NCBI GenBank assembly: GCA_045565775.1
Contig: JBJLES010000008.1
Span: 177,408 to 241,407, forward strand
Source: Pseudohongiellaceae bacterium
GTDB taxonomy: Bacteria; Pseudomonadota; Gammaproteobacteria; Pseudomonadales; Pseudohongiellaceae
Direction of reading: 5' to 3'
Length of the DNA stretch: 64,000 nucleotides
Shown here one piece after another: positions 9,181 to 19,405 of this stretch. The translations under genes and the position numbers were made by a program. Under the pieces are notes generated by a model. It had not been told where the DNA came from and did not search any database. It was given only the letters and a program-made list of their open reading frames with translations. How positions within the stretch are numbered: the stretch's first letter is position 1; each line of letters begins with the position of its first letter.

Positions 9181-11151
9181 TTACGGATTCTTAATTTCTA
9201 TCGATCTTTTTCCGTATTTTGTAGAGATGCTCTGACTATTAACCAAGATCAGCTCTAATTCATATTTACCATTTTTAAAACTCGCAGTGTCTAGCTCTGC
9301 GCGGAAACCCAGGTTGGGAATATTTGGTTCATTTTCGACTTGCATAGCCGAGACAACATCGATCCTTTCGAGTCCGTAATCTGCGCTAGTCACTAGTTCC
9401 CCATTCAGTGTAATTTGAATTGATTCGATACCAAGTTCTTCGTTAAAGGCCCATCCTTGTACGATGAATTTTCCACTCAAAGACTCGCTTGGCTTTGGGG
9501 AGTCTATCCATGCCCTTGGTGGATAAGGGCAGGGTAATGTTGCTTTTCTTGCTTCAGCACTAGGGTCTGAAATGGTGTTGGTCGAATAATAACTAAAGGC
9601 TTTATCTCCATTAAACATATCAAGTTGGCTTACGGCCGCCAATTCATCACTATAACTACACATTTCACCGATTAGTTCATGCTTTTCAGGAATAGTGAGC
9701 ACGCTGTCTTCGGTAATAAATAGAGCGGGTTTGTTTAACTGCTTAATCAAGCCGTTTTCATGCTTTCCCCAAATTTGGTATTGTCTGAATCGACCGTCGC
9801 GCTCAGCCTTGGACTTATCAATGGTGTACACCCTATTATAAATCCCGGCAAACTCAAGTTGTGCTGCGGTGTAATAATTATCTGTAACAATTATGGGATT
9901 TGTATCCAAAAATTCTCTGTCGAGCAACATGTCTGTATGCGTGACGAATTGCTCCCAGCCGGCCATCTTAGTTGATAGTACGCCGTCGCCAAGAATGTTT
10001 CTAAGCGGCGTCTGAAAAGCTTGAGATCCGATGCCGATCAACGCAGCGAGCGTCCCGCAAAACCCTATTGCTGGAATCGCAAACACCAATTCCTTGGCGA
10101 ACTTCTTGCTTCGACTTTTTTGAATTATTGCATAGGCATAACGCAGACCCTCGGGCATGAAAACCAGGAGAGGAATGTAGCCCGATAAGGGCCAGTGGAT
10201 GCTTGTGCTGTCGGAATCGGCCCAAGGGGCTAGAACTAAATAAATTAGTAAGTTTGTTAATGAAAAGCTTAATAATAATGCTGTGGATAAGGACTGAGTC
10301 CTAACTTTTCCAACCATCAGATAGATAGTCAATAGGAATAAGAGATACATCGGCGGCGAGCTGAGTGCGGCTTGCATAAATATGTGCAGAAGCCCTGCGG
10401 CATTGAACTGCCAAGGATGTCGGTCTATAAAATAAAACGCCGCGCTATCAAAATCATAAGAAATATTGAACCATAATATCGGTATCAAGCCGATACTAGC
10501 TATGATCATACAAATCCAGAGTCGGGGATTGCTCCAATATTTTCGTGCTGGTTTGAATAGAAGTAAAAATGAAATCGCAGAAATCGGGTACAGAAAAAAT
10601 CTATAGTGCGTGCTTAATCCCATCGCGACCACAACTCCTGTTGCTAGCCAAAACCGCATCAAGTTGGTTCGAGTCGACCTTTCAAAGAATCCGATTGACA
10701 GGATCCCAAAAAATAACAAAGGAACATCAGGGACCGCTAACAAACCAAGGAATCCGAGCAAAGGTAAACAAAGTGCCAGGAAGGCAGATTCTAAGGCTTG
10801 CTGCTTATTCGTGACTGGCAAAGCTAACCAGTAAACTAAAAATGGGATGGAGGAGCCCAATAATATGAAGATTGATCTGACCGCGAGGGGATTATAAGAG
10901 TCTAACGAGGTGCCTATACGAACTAATAGCGCGGTCATAAACGGGAGATCGCTGTAAGCGATAGAAGGTATTGTCGAAGCTTGCCAGTAGTAAATCTCAT
11001 CACTATATAAATCGAGGGTTGCTGCGAAGAAAACCTTTAGCAGTAAAATTAAAGAGAAGCCAACAAAAAATATTTTTGAGAGAGGTAGTTTATTTACCAA
11101 TGGTTCCGGGGCCGACAAATAAGATCTCCGATTAGATTTGAACGGCCTCAA
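9181..11151 (-). CDS. Glycosyltransferase family 39 / ArnT-like membrane protein with a C-terminal soluble domain
   Basis: The N-terminal roughly 400 aa is polytopic and has the DLYSDEIYYW motif typical of PMT/ArnT-type (GT-C) transferases. The C-terminal roughly 200 aa is soluble and beta-rich. The start overlaps the feoB 3' end by 20 nt. Confidence 0.7.
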   Translation of the reverse strand: MRPFKSNRRSYLSAPEPLVNKLPLSKIFFVGFSLILLLKVFFAATLDLYSDEIYYWQASTIPSIAYSDLPFMTALLVRIGTSLDSYNPLAVRSIFILLGSSIPFLVYWLALPVTNKQQALESAFLALCLPLLGFLGLLAVPDVPLLFFGILSIGFFERSTRTNLMRFWLATGVVVAMGLSTHYRFFLYPISAISFLLLFKPARKYWSNPRLWICMIIASIGLIPILWFNISYDFDSAAFYFIDRHPWQFNAAGLLHIFMQAALSSPPMYLLFLLTIYLMVGKVRTQSLSTALLLSFSLTNLLIYLVLAPWADSDSTSIHWPLSGYIPLLVFMPEGLRYAYAIIQKSRSKKFAKELVFAIPAIGFCGTLAALIGIGSQAFQTPLRNILGDGVLSTKMAGWEQFVTHTDMLLDREFLDTNPIIVTDNYYTAAQLEFAGIYNRVYTIDKSKAERDGRFRQYQIWGKHENGLIKQLNKPALFITEDSVLTIPEKHELIGEMCSYSDELAAVSQLDMFNGDKAFSYYSTNTISDPSAEARKATLPCPYPPRAWIDSPKPSESLSGKFIVQGWAFNEELGIESIQITLNGELVTSADYGLERIDVVSAMQVENEPNIPNLGFRAELDTASFKNGKYELELILVNSQSISTKYGKRSIEIKNP

Positions 11152-13249
11152 TTAAATTACTCGGAGCCAGAGTAGTGGAGAGCTTTTTCAACTTGATGAT
11201 GAATAAAGCCAATATAAGCAGCATACCTATAATCCAAAAAGAAGAAAATACGGGATGGGATCCGAAAGTGCCTACTTGATAGGTCACTGTTGCCGAAATG
11301 TATGCTAGTCCCGTACACCAGGTGAAGACGAGTAAGGTCCACTGCCAGCCTGCTTCTTTGTTAACTGCACCAAGCACTGCGACACATGGGGCATAAAGTA
11401 AAACGAAGATTAGATAGCAAAAAGCTGCGAATGGTCCTCCAAAAAGAGAAGTCATATTTGTGAGAGTACTAGTGCTTACATCTTGTTCTTCTGCGACGGC
11501 GTTTGCGTCAGACACATCACCGATTGAAATACCTAGCGGGTCTATGAGTGCTCCGCCCAGTGCTGCTACCTCCGACCCAATCGAGGAAAAAGCCTCTGAG
11601 GTAGCTAGAATTAGATCTGGTGGTCCTTCAGAAACCTCGGAGTCGGGCTCGCTATACAACGCATCCAATGTGCCAACAATGGCTTCTTTTGCGAACATTC
11701 CAGTAAATAACCCAACCGTGGCTGGCCAGTTATCCTCTTCGATACCCATGGGAGCGAATACGGGAGTAATAGATTTGCCGACTACGCTTAAAACGGAACT
11801 CTCCGAGTCCTCATTCCCAAAGCTTCCATCAGATCCTATTGAATTCAGAAAACTTAAGGCTATTACAACGATTACTATGGTCTTTCCAGCTCGAACAATG
11901 AATCCCTTCAATCTAAACCAAGTCGTGAATAAAATGTTTCTCGGTATTGGAACATGATAGGCGGGCATCTCCTGAAATGAGGGAGTAATTTCATCGGTGA
12001 ATAGTTGTTTTCTGAATATCCAACCCGTAAAAACAGCAAGCCCAATTCCAAAGAGATACAGGCCAAAAACAATATTTTGTCCATTCTGTTGGAAAAACGC
12101 GGCAGCAAATAAAGCATAAACCGTCAAGCGTGCACCGCAGCTCATAAAAGGTGCCATTGAAATTGTCATCAATCTGTCGCTATCCCTGCCCATCGTTCTG
12201 GCGGCCATAACTGCGGGTACGTTGCAACCGAAACCTACTATTAAGGGCACAAAGGCGTTTCCTGGTAAGCCTATACCGCCCATTAGTCGGTCAATGACGA
12301 AAGCTGCGCGAGACATATAACCAGAATCCTCTAACGCCGATAAACAGAGATAAAGAAATCCAATAACAGGTATAAAAGTTGCGACCAAGGTAATCCCGCC
12401 GCCTACTCCTTGAGCTAGGATCGTGATTAAGATGTCGGGAAATGAGATTTGTTCGAGCAACCATGTTGTTCCATCGACTAGAAATGCTGCGAAGAGAATA
12501 TCAAAGAAGTCTATAAAGACAGCTCCAAAATTTACGGCAACGGTAAACATCAGATATATCATCAATAAAAAGAAAGGAACACCTAACCAGCGATTAAGGA
12601 CAATGGAGTCTATCTTTTCTGATAAGCTATGTTGAATCGGGGCGACTTCGACAACACCATCCACTAGTTGTTTGGAATGGTGATATCTTTTCAGAATTTT
12701 CTCTTCAACTTCTTCATTGTCGTTGACCGATAATTCACTAGTCGTGACTCCATGACTTAAACCTATTGTGTGAATTGTTGAGCTAAGCTCGGTTATTCCC
12801 AGATTTTTCGAAGCTGTAATGGGCACTACAGGGATTTCTAGTCGGTCAGCGAGTTTCTCAGCAGATACAGATACGCCTTGTTGCTCTGCTACATCCATCA
12901 TATTGAGAGCAATTAAGACTGGAATTGACTTCTCAAGTAACTGCTGTGTTAGAACTAAGCTTCTTTCTAAATTAGTGGCATCGATGATATTGATAATCAG
13001 ATCGATGTGTCCGCTATTTAGATAGTCTAAGGCAATGCCCTCGTCTATACCCCGATACTCTTGTTCTAGGGAATAAATTCCTGGAAGATCTACCAGCTCT
13101 GCTTCCTTTCCAGAGATTTTAAAAAACCCTATTTTCTTCTCAACGGTAACCCCTGGCCAATTACCGACTTTTTGGTTAGCGCCGGTTAAAAGGTTAAATA
13201 TGGTTGTTTTTCCGCAGTTTGGATTTCCAATTAGAGCAACTTTTTGCAT
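11132..13249 (-). CDS. feoB: Ferrous iron transporter B
   Basis: N-terminal G-domain (GNPNCGKTT, DLPG, NMMD) followed by a polytopic permease domain, 705 aa in total. Confidence 0.95.
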   Translation of the reverse strand: MQKVALIGNPNCGKTTIFNLLTGANQKVGNWPGVTVEKKIGFFKISGKEAELVDLPGIYSLEQEYRGIDEGIALDYLNSGHIDLIINIIDATNLERSLVLTQQLLEKSIPVLIALNMMDVAEQQGVSVSAEKLADRLEIPVVPITASKNLGITELSSTIHTIGLSHGVTTSELSVNDNEEVEEKILKRYHHSKQLVDGVVEVAPIQHSLSEKIDSIVLNRWLGVPFFLLMIYLMFTVAVNFGAVFIDFFDILFAAFLVDGTTWLLEQISFPDILITILAQGVGGGITLVATFIPVIGFLYLCLSALEDSGYMSRAAFVIDRLMGGIGLPGNAFVPLIVGFGCNVPAVMAARTMGRDSDRLMTISMAPFMSCGARLTVYALFAAAFFQQNGQNIVFGLYLFGIGLAVFTGWIFRKQLFTDEITPSFQEMPAYHVPIPRNILFTTWFRLKGFIVRAGKTIVIVVIALSFLNSIGSDGSFGNEDSESSVLSVVGKSITPVFAPMGIEEDNWPATVGLFTGMFAKEAIVGTLDALYSEPDSEVSEGPPDLILATSEAFSSIGSEVAALGGALIDPLGISIGDVSDANAVAEEQDVSTSTLTNMTSLFGGPFAAFCYLIFVLLYAPCVAVLGAVNKEAGWQWTLLVFTWCTGLAYISATVTYQVGTFGSHPVFSSFWIIGMLLILALFIIKLKKLSTTLAPSNLIEAVQI

Positions 13250-13253
13250 TGGG

Positions 13254-13499
13254 CTAAGTGAGCTCCACTTTAATAATATCAGCTTCAGACTTACGTATAC
13301 TCAGAAAGCTGCCGCCCACCTTAACTTGGAGTGGGTCTCCTAAAGGCGCGAAACGTAGAACCTCTAATTTGGAACCTGGAATTACTCCCAGGGCATAGAG
13401 CCTGCTTTTGAGCTCGGCATGCTCCGGAGCAACTTCTGCTACTAAGCAAACGTCTCCGCGTGCAAGAGTTGAAAGGCGAGTCTGTTTCATAGACTTCAA
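13254..13499 (-). CDS. feoA: Ferrous iron transport protein A
   Basis: An 81 aa FeoA-like protein (GDVCLVAEV...GVIPGSKLEV) 4 nt upstream of feoB. Confidence 0.85.
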   Translation of the reverse strand: MKSMKQTRLSTLARGDVCLVAEVAPEHAELKSRLYALGVIPGSKLEVLRFAPLGDPLQVKVGGSFLSIRKSEADIIKVELT

Positions 13500-13576
13500 T
13501 TATATATTGAATTTCAATAAGTTGAAGAGATTTTACTCTCTGGCTGGATGCTATAAACTACCAGATCTTAATGTAG

Positions 13577-13606
13577 TTGACAATCGTTCGCATTTGCATT
13601 TAAAGT
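13577..13606 (+). promoter_or_regulatory. Putative sigma-70 promoter of bfd with an overlapping Fur-box-like sequence
   Basis: TTGACA at 13577-13582, an 18-nt spacer, and TAAAGT at 13601-13606, about 20 nt before the bfd ATG. The overlapping GACAATCGTTCGCATTTGC matches 11 of 19 positions of the Fur consensus GATAATGATAATCATTATC by eye. Confidence 0.35.
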
Positions 13607-13625
13607 ATGGCTCTAGGAGAGTTTT

Positions 13626-13814
13626 ATGTACGTATGTATCTGTAGGCAAGTCACTGATCGCGAAATTCGAGATATTTGTCGAAGCGGTTGCGCTGATTTT
13701 GCTGATGTGCAGGCAAAGACTGGTGTTGCAAGCGAATGTGGTAAGTGTGGCGAGTGCGCCAAAAGCCTAGTCGAAGAATTCAACAAGTCCGCAAGTTTCT
13801 CCAGCGCAGCATAA
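13626..13814 (+). CDS. bfd: Bacterioferritin-associated ferredoxin
   Basis: 62 aa with the cysteine pattern MYVCIC...CGKCGEC typical of the BFD-like [2Fe-2S] domain, upstream of bfr. Confidence 0.85.
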   Translation: MYVCICRQVTDREIRDICRSGCADFADVQAKTGVASECGKCGECAKSLVEEFNKSASFSSAA

Positions 13815-13890
13815 GTCCCTCAATACCTTTTCAGAAAACAGTTTTGGCAAAAAAACCATTGAGTTGGTGTTATTTTTTGCCGGGATTCTA

Positions 13891-13916
13891 AATGTTAATA
13901 AGATTGCTTATCATTT
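13891..13916 (+). promoter_or_regulatory. Fur-box-like AT-rich element upstream of bfr
   Basis: AATGTTAATAAGATTGCTTATCATTT contains the TTATCATT core of the Fur consensus. It lies about 40 nt upstream of a candidate bfr promoter (TTGACA 13956-13961, GACAAT 13979-13984). Confidence 0.3.
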
Positions 13917-14011
13917 TTATTACTATATATATCAATAGCTTACGTTAATTTTTGCTTGACAGTTAAGCGCTTAAACGTGACAATAACGCCATTCAAAAAT
14001 CGGAGTAAGTT

Positions 14012-14476
14012 ATGAAAGGCGACACCAAAGTAATTCAGTTCTTAAATAAGGCGTTAGGCAATGAGTTAGTCGCCATAAACCAGTATTTTCTTCATTCCCG
14101 AATGTTAGAAGATTGGGGGCTAAAAAAGCTTGCTGAGAAAGAGTATGAGGAGTCAATCGATGAAATGAAGCACGCCGACCAACTCACTCAGCGTATTCTC
14201 TTCTTAGACGGCCTTCCGAATATGCAAGATCTTGGAAAACTGTCGATCGGAGAAACTACAAAAGAAATTCTCGAGTGCGATCTAAGTTTAGAGCATGTCG
14301 CCTGCCCAGATCTTAAGGATGGCATAGTCTACTGTGAGTCTGTAGGGGACTTTGGTAGCAGGGATCTCTTGTCGTCAATCCTCGATAGTGAAGAGGAGCA
14401 TGTTGATTGGTTAGAGACCCAACTTTCCTTGATAGAAAAGGTTGGCATGGAGAATTACCAACAATCAATGATGTGA
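14012..14476 (+). CDS. bfr: Bacterioferritin
   Basis: 154 aa. The N-terminus [31 protein letters not shown] and the [11 protein letters not shown] segment are typical of Bfr. Confidence 0.9.
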   Translation: MKGDTKVIQFLNKALGNELVAINQYFLHSRMLEDWGLKKLAEKEYEESIDEMKHADQLTQRILFLDGLPNMQDLGKLSIGETTKEILECDLSLEHVACPDLKDGIVYCESVGDFGSRDLLSSILDSEEEHVDWLETQLSLIEKVGMENYQQSMM

Positions 14477-14593
14477 ATGAGTTTGTTCAAACACCTTGAT
14501 CAATTCGAATTGCTCCGGTTTCTCGGATCCGTGCCGATACCTAGTAGGCATTTCAAATAGGTCACTATCATGCTTCAATAGTCCCCATGTGGC

Positions 14594-15574
14594 GTGACAT
14601 GGTTAATGCTTATGTATGCGTGTATCGACTTGGGTTCCAACAGTTTCCATCTTTTAATTGGCGAATGGCAGGAAGGGCGCCTCACCATCATTGAGCGACT
14701 CAGTGAAAAAGTTCAGTTAGGAGAAAATATTGGCGGCACGGGTAATATTTCCCAGCAAGCCTACCAAAGAGGCATGGCGTGTTTGCACCGATTTAAGTTG
14801 CTCATGCGTCAGTACCCCCTAGAGAAGTACTGGGCTCTTGGTACCAATACGTTTCGCATCGCGGAAAATTCAGAGGATTTTGTAACGGCTGCCAAGAAAA
14901 TTGGTATCGATATCTCCATAATTTCCGGAGTGCAGGAAGCTATCCTTATCTATGCGGGAGTAATATCTGCTTTACCTGTTTCTGACTCCCAGCGATTAGT
15001 AATAGACATTGGCGGCGGAAGCACGGAGGTAATTGTGGGGGAGAAACACCATAGATTGCTCACAGAAAGTTTACCTATAGGCAGCGTTGCATGGAGAGAT
15101 AGGTTCTTCCAAGCTGCTAGTTTTAGTCATTCGCATTTGTCTTCGCAAATGGAAAAAGGGGTAGAGGAAGCACGCAGCTTATTCATGTCCATATCACCCG
15201 GTGTCAAAAGAGCCTCTTGGAGTGAGGCCTACGCATCTTCTGGCACGACAAAAATGTTAGCCGCCATATGCCAAGAGCATGGGTATGGGAACAAACGAAT
15301 CACGCTCGAAGCTTTGACAGAGCTTAAAGATAAAATGGCAGACTTCGTAGCAACTGGGAAAGAACTGCCGGGCCTGAAAGAGCGCAGGAGAGATCTCTTA
15401 TTACCCGGTTGGTGCATTGTTACAGGATTGATGGAAGCGTTCGGGGTGCCAGAGCTTAAATTCAGTCACACGGCCTTGAGAGAGGGCATGCTTGATTTCC
15501 TCATGAAAAATGAAAAAACAATCAAGACTCTTCAGTCTGGAGATTTACCGGCGGTGAGTTTTGCTAAGCATTGA
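14594..15574 (+). CDS. ppx: Ppx/GppA-family phosphatase (short form without the HD domain)
   Basis: ASKHA-fold motifs IDLGSNSFHLL and IDIGGGSTE. The true start is probably the ATG at 14606 or 14612. Convergent with ppk1, with a 2-nt gap between the stops. Confidence 0.8.
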   Translation: MTWLMLMYACIDLGSNSFHLLIGEWQEGRLTIIERLSEKVQLGENIGGTGNISQQAYQRGMACLHRFKLLMRQYPLEKYWALGTNTFRIAENSEDFVTAAKKIGIDISIISGVQEAILIYAGVISALPVSDSQRLVIDIGGGSTEVIVGEKHHRLLTESLPIGSVAWRDRFFQAASFSHSHLSSQMEKGVEEARSLFMSISPGVKRASWSEAYASSGTTKMLAAICQEHGYGNKRITLEALTELKDKMADFVATGKELPGLKERRRDLLLPGWCIVTGLMEAFGVPELKFSHTALREGMLDFLMKNEKTIKTLQSGDLPAVSFAKH

Positions 15575-15576
15575 GG

Positions 15577-17754
15577 CTAGGAATGATCTAAAGATTTTTG
15601 CAGAAGTGTTTGAACTCCAATTGATTCATCAGCATGAGAAAGTCGTTCTTCATAGTCGCCATCTTTTGTTAGCTCCCAGGACTGGGCTTTATCTGTCCAA
15701 TAAAGCTCAATTTCTTCCACTATGCGATTTGCCCATTTTTTCTTAAGGATAGGGAAGCATACTTCAATCCTATTGGACAGGTTACGTTCCATCCAGTCTG
15801 CGCTAGAGCAGAAAACCTGATTCGGGTTATTTTGAAAGAAATAGACTCGGGAATGCTCTAAAAACCGCCCAACCACCGAGATAACACGAATGTTGTCACT
15901 GACCCCTTTGATGCCAGGTTTAAGGCAACAGGTGCCGCGGATAATCAAGTGCACTTCGACACCTGCTTGAGAGGCTTCATACAAAGCTTTGATAACGTCT
16001 GGATCTGTTAAGGCGTTCATTTTTGCCAGAATTCGAGCGGGCTTTCCCTGAGCGGCAGCCTTCTTTTCTGTTTGGATCATCTTTAGTATGGATTTTTTTA
16101 GATTAAACGGAGCATGAATTAGTTCCTTTGGATGAATTTTCTTACCCATACCAGTTATTTGTTGAAAAACTTTATGCACATCTGCGCACACTATTTTATC
16201 AGCCGTAAGTAAGCTGTAATCCGTATAAGTCAGAGAGTTCTTTCGGTGATAGTTGCCGGTCCCTAAATGAGCATAACGTCTTAGTTTGGTTCCGACTCTT
16301 CGAACAAACAAAAGCATCTTTGCATGTGTCTTGTAACCCATAACACCATATACAACAACCGCCCCAGCTTCCTGCAATAGGTTCGCGAAGTTTATATTCT
16401 CTTCTTCATCGAATCTGGCTCTCAGTTCGATAACTACTGTGACCTCTTTACCGTTTCGCGCTGCCTCTGAAAGAGCTTCAACTAACTCAGAAGACTCATT
16501 TGTCCGATACAGTGTTTGCTTTATTGATAGAACGGTTGGATCTTTCGCTGCTTGCCTGACCCAATCGATTATTGGTAAAAAAGATTCGAATGGATGGAGA
16601 AGCAATTGGTCTTCTTTCTCAATTGCAGAAAAGAGGTCCTCACCTTCTTCTAATACGGCAGGTAAGCCCGGTGAAAATTTTGGGAATCTTAAGTCTGGCC
16701 TGTCTACCATATCGAAAAGAGCCATCAGTCGCTGCAGATTGACGGGACCGTCTAAAGTGAATAACTCATCCTCGGAGAGATTGAAGCGCTTCAAGAGAAA
16801 CTTCGTTAGCTTTTCAGGACAATCCTTATCCACTTCAAGCTTTGCTGCCGCTCCAAACCTTCGGCTGTGAAGCTCTCCTTGTAAAGCGCTAGCAACATCT
16901 TCAATTTCGGCACTCGATACCTCTAAGTCAGAATTCCTTGTTACTCGAAATTGATGACATCCTTTCACTGTCATGCCAGGGAAAAACTCGTCTACGTATT
17001 CATGAATTATAGAAGATAAGAAAATAAAGCTATCACCTTCAGGTGCCAGGTCGGCAGGTACTTTTATTAGTCGAGGCAGTGCCCGTGGCGCAGGAACAAT
17101 AGCTAATCCACTTTCTCTGCCGAAGGCATCTTTCCCCTCCAGTGTCAGAATAAAGTTTAAACTTTTATTAACTAAACGAGGAAAAGGGTGCGCAGGATCT
17201 AAACCTAGAGGGCTAATGACTGGAAGAATTTCTTCAGTAAAATACTTCTTTGTCCATCGCTTAAGTCCGCCCGTCCATTCATGCCTCTGCAAGAAGTGAA
17301 TATTCTCTTTGGCTAGTTCGGGAAATAGATCCTCGTTTAAAATTCTATATTGTTCGTTTAACGCTTCACGGACTTTTGCATGAATTATCTTCAACACCTG
17401 CTCCGGATACATTCCATCAGGGCCAGGTCTTTGCCTACCAAAATTTAATTGTTTCTTTAATCCGGAGATTCTAATTTCAAAGAACTCATCCAAGTTTGAA
17501 CTAAAGATCAATAGGAACATCAATCTTTCTAATAAGGGATGGGCATGATTCTTCGCTTGGCTTAATACGCGCAGATTAAATTTAAAATGCGATAACTCCC
17601 GATTCCCATAATAGATGGGCGCTGTTAAATCTATACCCTCATTTTTTGCCAAGCCACTTGGAGTTGACAAGGAATTCGAATCAGTTGCTCTATTACTGAT
17701 TAGCTCCAATTTTGGTGAACGATGTTTGCTCATACTCTCAGAATCAAAATCCAT
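15577..17754 (-). CDS. ppk: Polyphosphate kinase 1
   Basis: 725 aa with PPK1 architecture, including the autophosphorylated-His region GYKTHAKMLLFVRR and two PLD-like C-terminal domains. Confidence 0.95.
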   Translation of the reverse strand: MDFDSESMSKHRSPKLELISNRATDSNSLSTPSGLAKNEGIDLTAPIYYGNRELSHFKFNLRVLSQAKNHAHPLLERLMFLLIFSSNLDEFFEIRISGLKKQLNFGRQRPGPDGMYPEQVLKIIHAKVREALNEQYRILNEDLFPELAKENIHFLQRHEWTGGLKRWTKKYFTEEILPVISPLGLDPAHPFPRLVNKSLNFILTLEGKDAFGRESGLAIVPAPRALPRLIKVPADLAPEGDSFIFLSSIIHEYVDEFFPGMTVKGCHQFRVTRNSDLEVSSAEIEDVASALQGELHSRRFGAAAKLEVDKDCPEKLTKFLLKRFNLSEDELFTLDGPVNLQRLMALFDMVDRPDLRFPKFSPGLPAVLEEGEDLFSAIEKEDQLLLHPFESFLPIIDWVRQAAKDPTVLSIKQTLYRTNESSELVEALSEAARNGKEVTVVIELRARFDEEENINFANLLQEAGAVVVYGVMGYKTHAKMLLFVRRVGTKLRRYAHLGTGNYHRKNSLTYTDYSLLTADKIVCADVHKVFQQITGMGKKIHPKELIHAPFNLKKSILKMIQTEKKAAAQGKPARILAKMNALTDPDVIKALYEASQAGVEVHLIIRGTCCLKPGIKGVSDNIRVISVVGRFLEHSRVYFFQNNPNQVFCSSADWMERNLSNRIEVCFPILKKKWANRIVEEIELYWTDKAQSWELTKDGDYEERLSHADESIGVQTLLQKSLDHS

Positions 17755-17939
17755 GTTTCATACTCAATCTTGTTCATTTTATGCCGGTAGTTCGACGCCC
17801 CGGACTTCAAAAATCACAAAGCCTTAAAGTAGTTTTGGATAAAAAATAGATGACAGCTTGACCGGGAAGGGATGTCTAGTCCGTTTATGTAATCAACAGT
17901 CAGTCGATAGAGGATAGCATTTTTCTGGCATCTTTAAAA

Positions 17940-17957
17940 TGTCATATTTTTGTCATC
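17940..17957 (+). promoter_or_regulatory. Pho-box-like direct repeat (TGTCAT-N5-TGTCAT, 11-bp register)
   Basis: TGTCATATTTTTGTCAT matches the PhoB consensus CTGTCAT-A/T-rich-CTGTCAT. It lies in the ppk-phoR intergenic region about 190 nt upstream of the ppk start, but the repeat reads on the strand opposite to ppk. Confidence 0.4.
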
Positions 17958-18019
17958 AAAAAGACAATTATGACAATCCTGTCCTGGTTAAATATTTCTT
18001 CGATTTGAATTAGTTAGGA

Positions 18020-19405
18020 TTATACTGCAGCGCTATCGCCTGAGATTGCCGCTTCATCTGAGGTTTCGGTGAAATCTTTCGCTATTGAAGGCTCAGCTTT
18101 CGAAATCCGACTTAACGGCAATTTGCAAACAAATCTCGAACCTATCCCGATTAAGCTATGCACTTCGAGCTCACCATCATGTCGCGCTAAAATATGTTTG
18201 ACGATAGCTAAACCTAGCCCGGTTCCCCCCGTATCTGTATTCCGGCTTTCGCTGACTCGGTAGAACCTTTCTGTAAGTCGAGGGATGTGTTGCTTTTCAA
18301 TGCCTAAGCCGTTATCGATAATCTCGATGATGAAGTTTTCAGCTGAGGCAGAAGCTTCGATCTTTATGGAGCCGCGTTTGTCTGTATATTTGGCAGCGTT
18401 AGATAACAAGTTTGAGACCGCGCTGTATAATTCGCCCCTATCGCCATTGATACGAACTTGCGGGTCGCATTCCACTGTATACTCATGCTTCTTTTTTTTA
18501 AAAACTTGCCGCGTGTCGCCTGTTATTTCCATTAATAGCGATAACAAATCAACGTCGTCTCTTTGCCCGGTTGGTGCTTCAGTCTCAAGTGAGGACAGTA
18601 TTAATAAATCTTTTATAAGATTTTTCATGCGAATTGACGATTGATGCATCTGCTTTAAAGGTTTCTTCCACTTTTTATCTACGTCACCGATATTATCAAG
18701 CATGGCTTCCGAGTAACCCTGAATTACGGTGATCGGCGTGCGAAGTTCATGAGAAAGATTGCCAACGAAATCTTTTCGCATTGATTCCAAGCGATCTAGC
18801 TGAGTAATATCTCGCACAAGCACAATTCGTTCTTGCTCCGTAAACATTAAAACTTGATATTCTAAGACCCTCTTATCATCTCTAGGAGAATGCGCGCGTA
18901 GAGGAAGGTTGTATCTTTTGCTCTCAAGGTATTGGAGTAAACGCTCGTCTCTAACAAGACTACTTATATGTTTGTCGCTTTCATTGGTGATAGTAAGCCC
19001 TAAAAGAGTCTCACTTGCGTCGTTGCACCAGTTCACAACCCCGTTCGAGTCAAGTATGAGTGTTCCAATTTCTGCTTGAGCAAAAAGATTCTTTTTGACT
19101 TGCAGCGGCTTTGGTATTGAAGTTTCGGGATTCGATACGCTCTCAGGGTTGTTTTGAGCTACCTGCGAAATCGACTCAATTAAGGCTGTCCATCCACGCC
19201 CAAGGCTGGCAGGAGGCAAGCGGTCTCCATTGTCACTTTTCAACAACCAATTATCGATACGTCTTAATTGATAAAGGTGTAACACAACGCTTCCAACTAG
19301 AGCCGCCAACAGGAATAACAAGATTTCACCAAAAATATAACCAGCGATAGCTGCAGTGCCTACAAGAAGAGTAAGCTTCATTAATTCTAAGCGCCAATAA
19401 TGCAA
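18020..19405 (-). CDS. phoR: Phosphate regulon sensor histidine kinase
   Basis: N-terminal helices, a PAS region, the HisKA box SHELRTPIT and the HATPase box GGTGLGLAIVKH. The overall layout is typical of PhoR. Confidence 0.8.
   Translation of the reverse strand: MHYWRLELMKLTLLVGTAAIAGYIFGEILLFLLAALVGSVVLHLYQLRRIDNWLLKSDNGDRLPPASLGRGWTALIESISQVAQNNPESVSNPETSIPKPLQVKKNLFAQAEIGTLILDSNGVVNWCNDASETLLGLTITNESDKHISSLVRDERLLQYLESKRYNLPLRAHSPRDDKRVLEYQVLMFTEQERIVLVRDITQLDRLESMRKDFVGNLSHELRTPITVIQGYSEAMLDNIGDVDKKWKKPLKQMHQSSIRMKNLIKDLLILSSLETEAPTGQRDDVDLLSLLMEITGDTRQVFKKKKHEYTVECDPQVRINGDRGELYSAVSNLLSNAAKYTDKRGSIKIEASASAENFIIEIIDNGLGIEKQHIPRLTERFYRVSESRNTDTGGTGLGLAIVKHILARHDGELEVHSLIGIGSRFVCKLPLSRISKAEPSIAKDFTETSDEAAISGDSAAV

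Noticed and set aside
11460-11957. A 165-aa antisense ORF within feoB
   Set aside because: It is a Ser/Pro/Thr-rich shadow ORF. The feoB frame is unambiguous.
13846-13880. An inverted repeat GGCAAAAAA...TTTTTTGCC after bfd, considered as a terminator
   Set aside because: The stem is almost entirely A-T with a 17-nt loop, so it is too weak to call.
16439-16870. A 143-aa antisense ORF within ppk
   Set aside because: It is a low-complexity shadow ORF opposite a conserved PPK1 domain.
17960-17980. A second possible Pho box on the minus strand (TTGTCATAATTGTCTTT)
   Set aside because: The second half-site is off-register (9-bp rather than 11-bp spacing) and diverges from the consensus.
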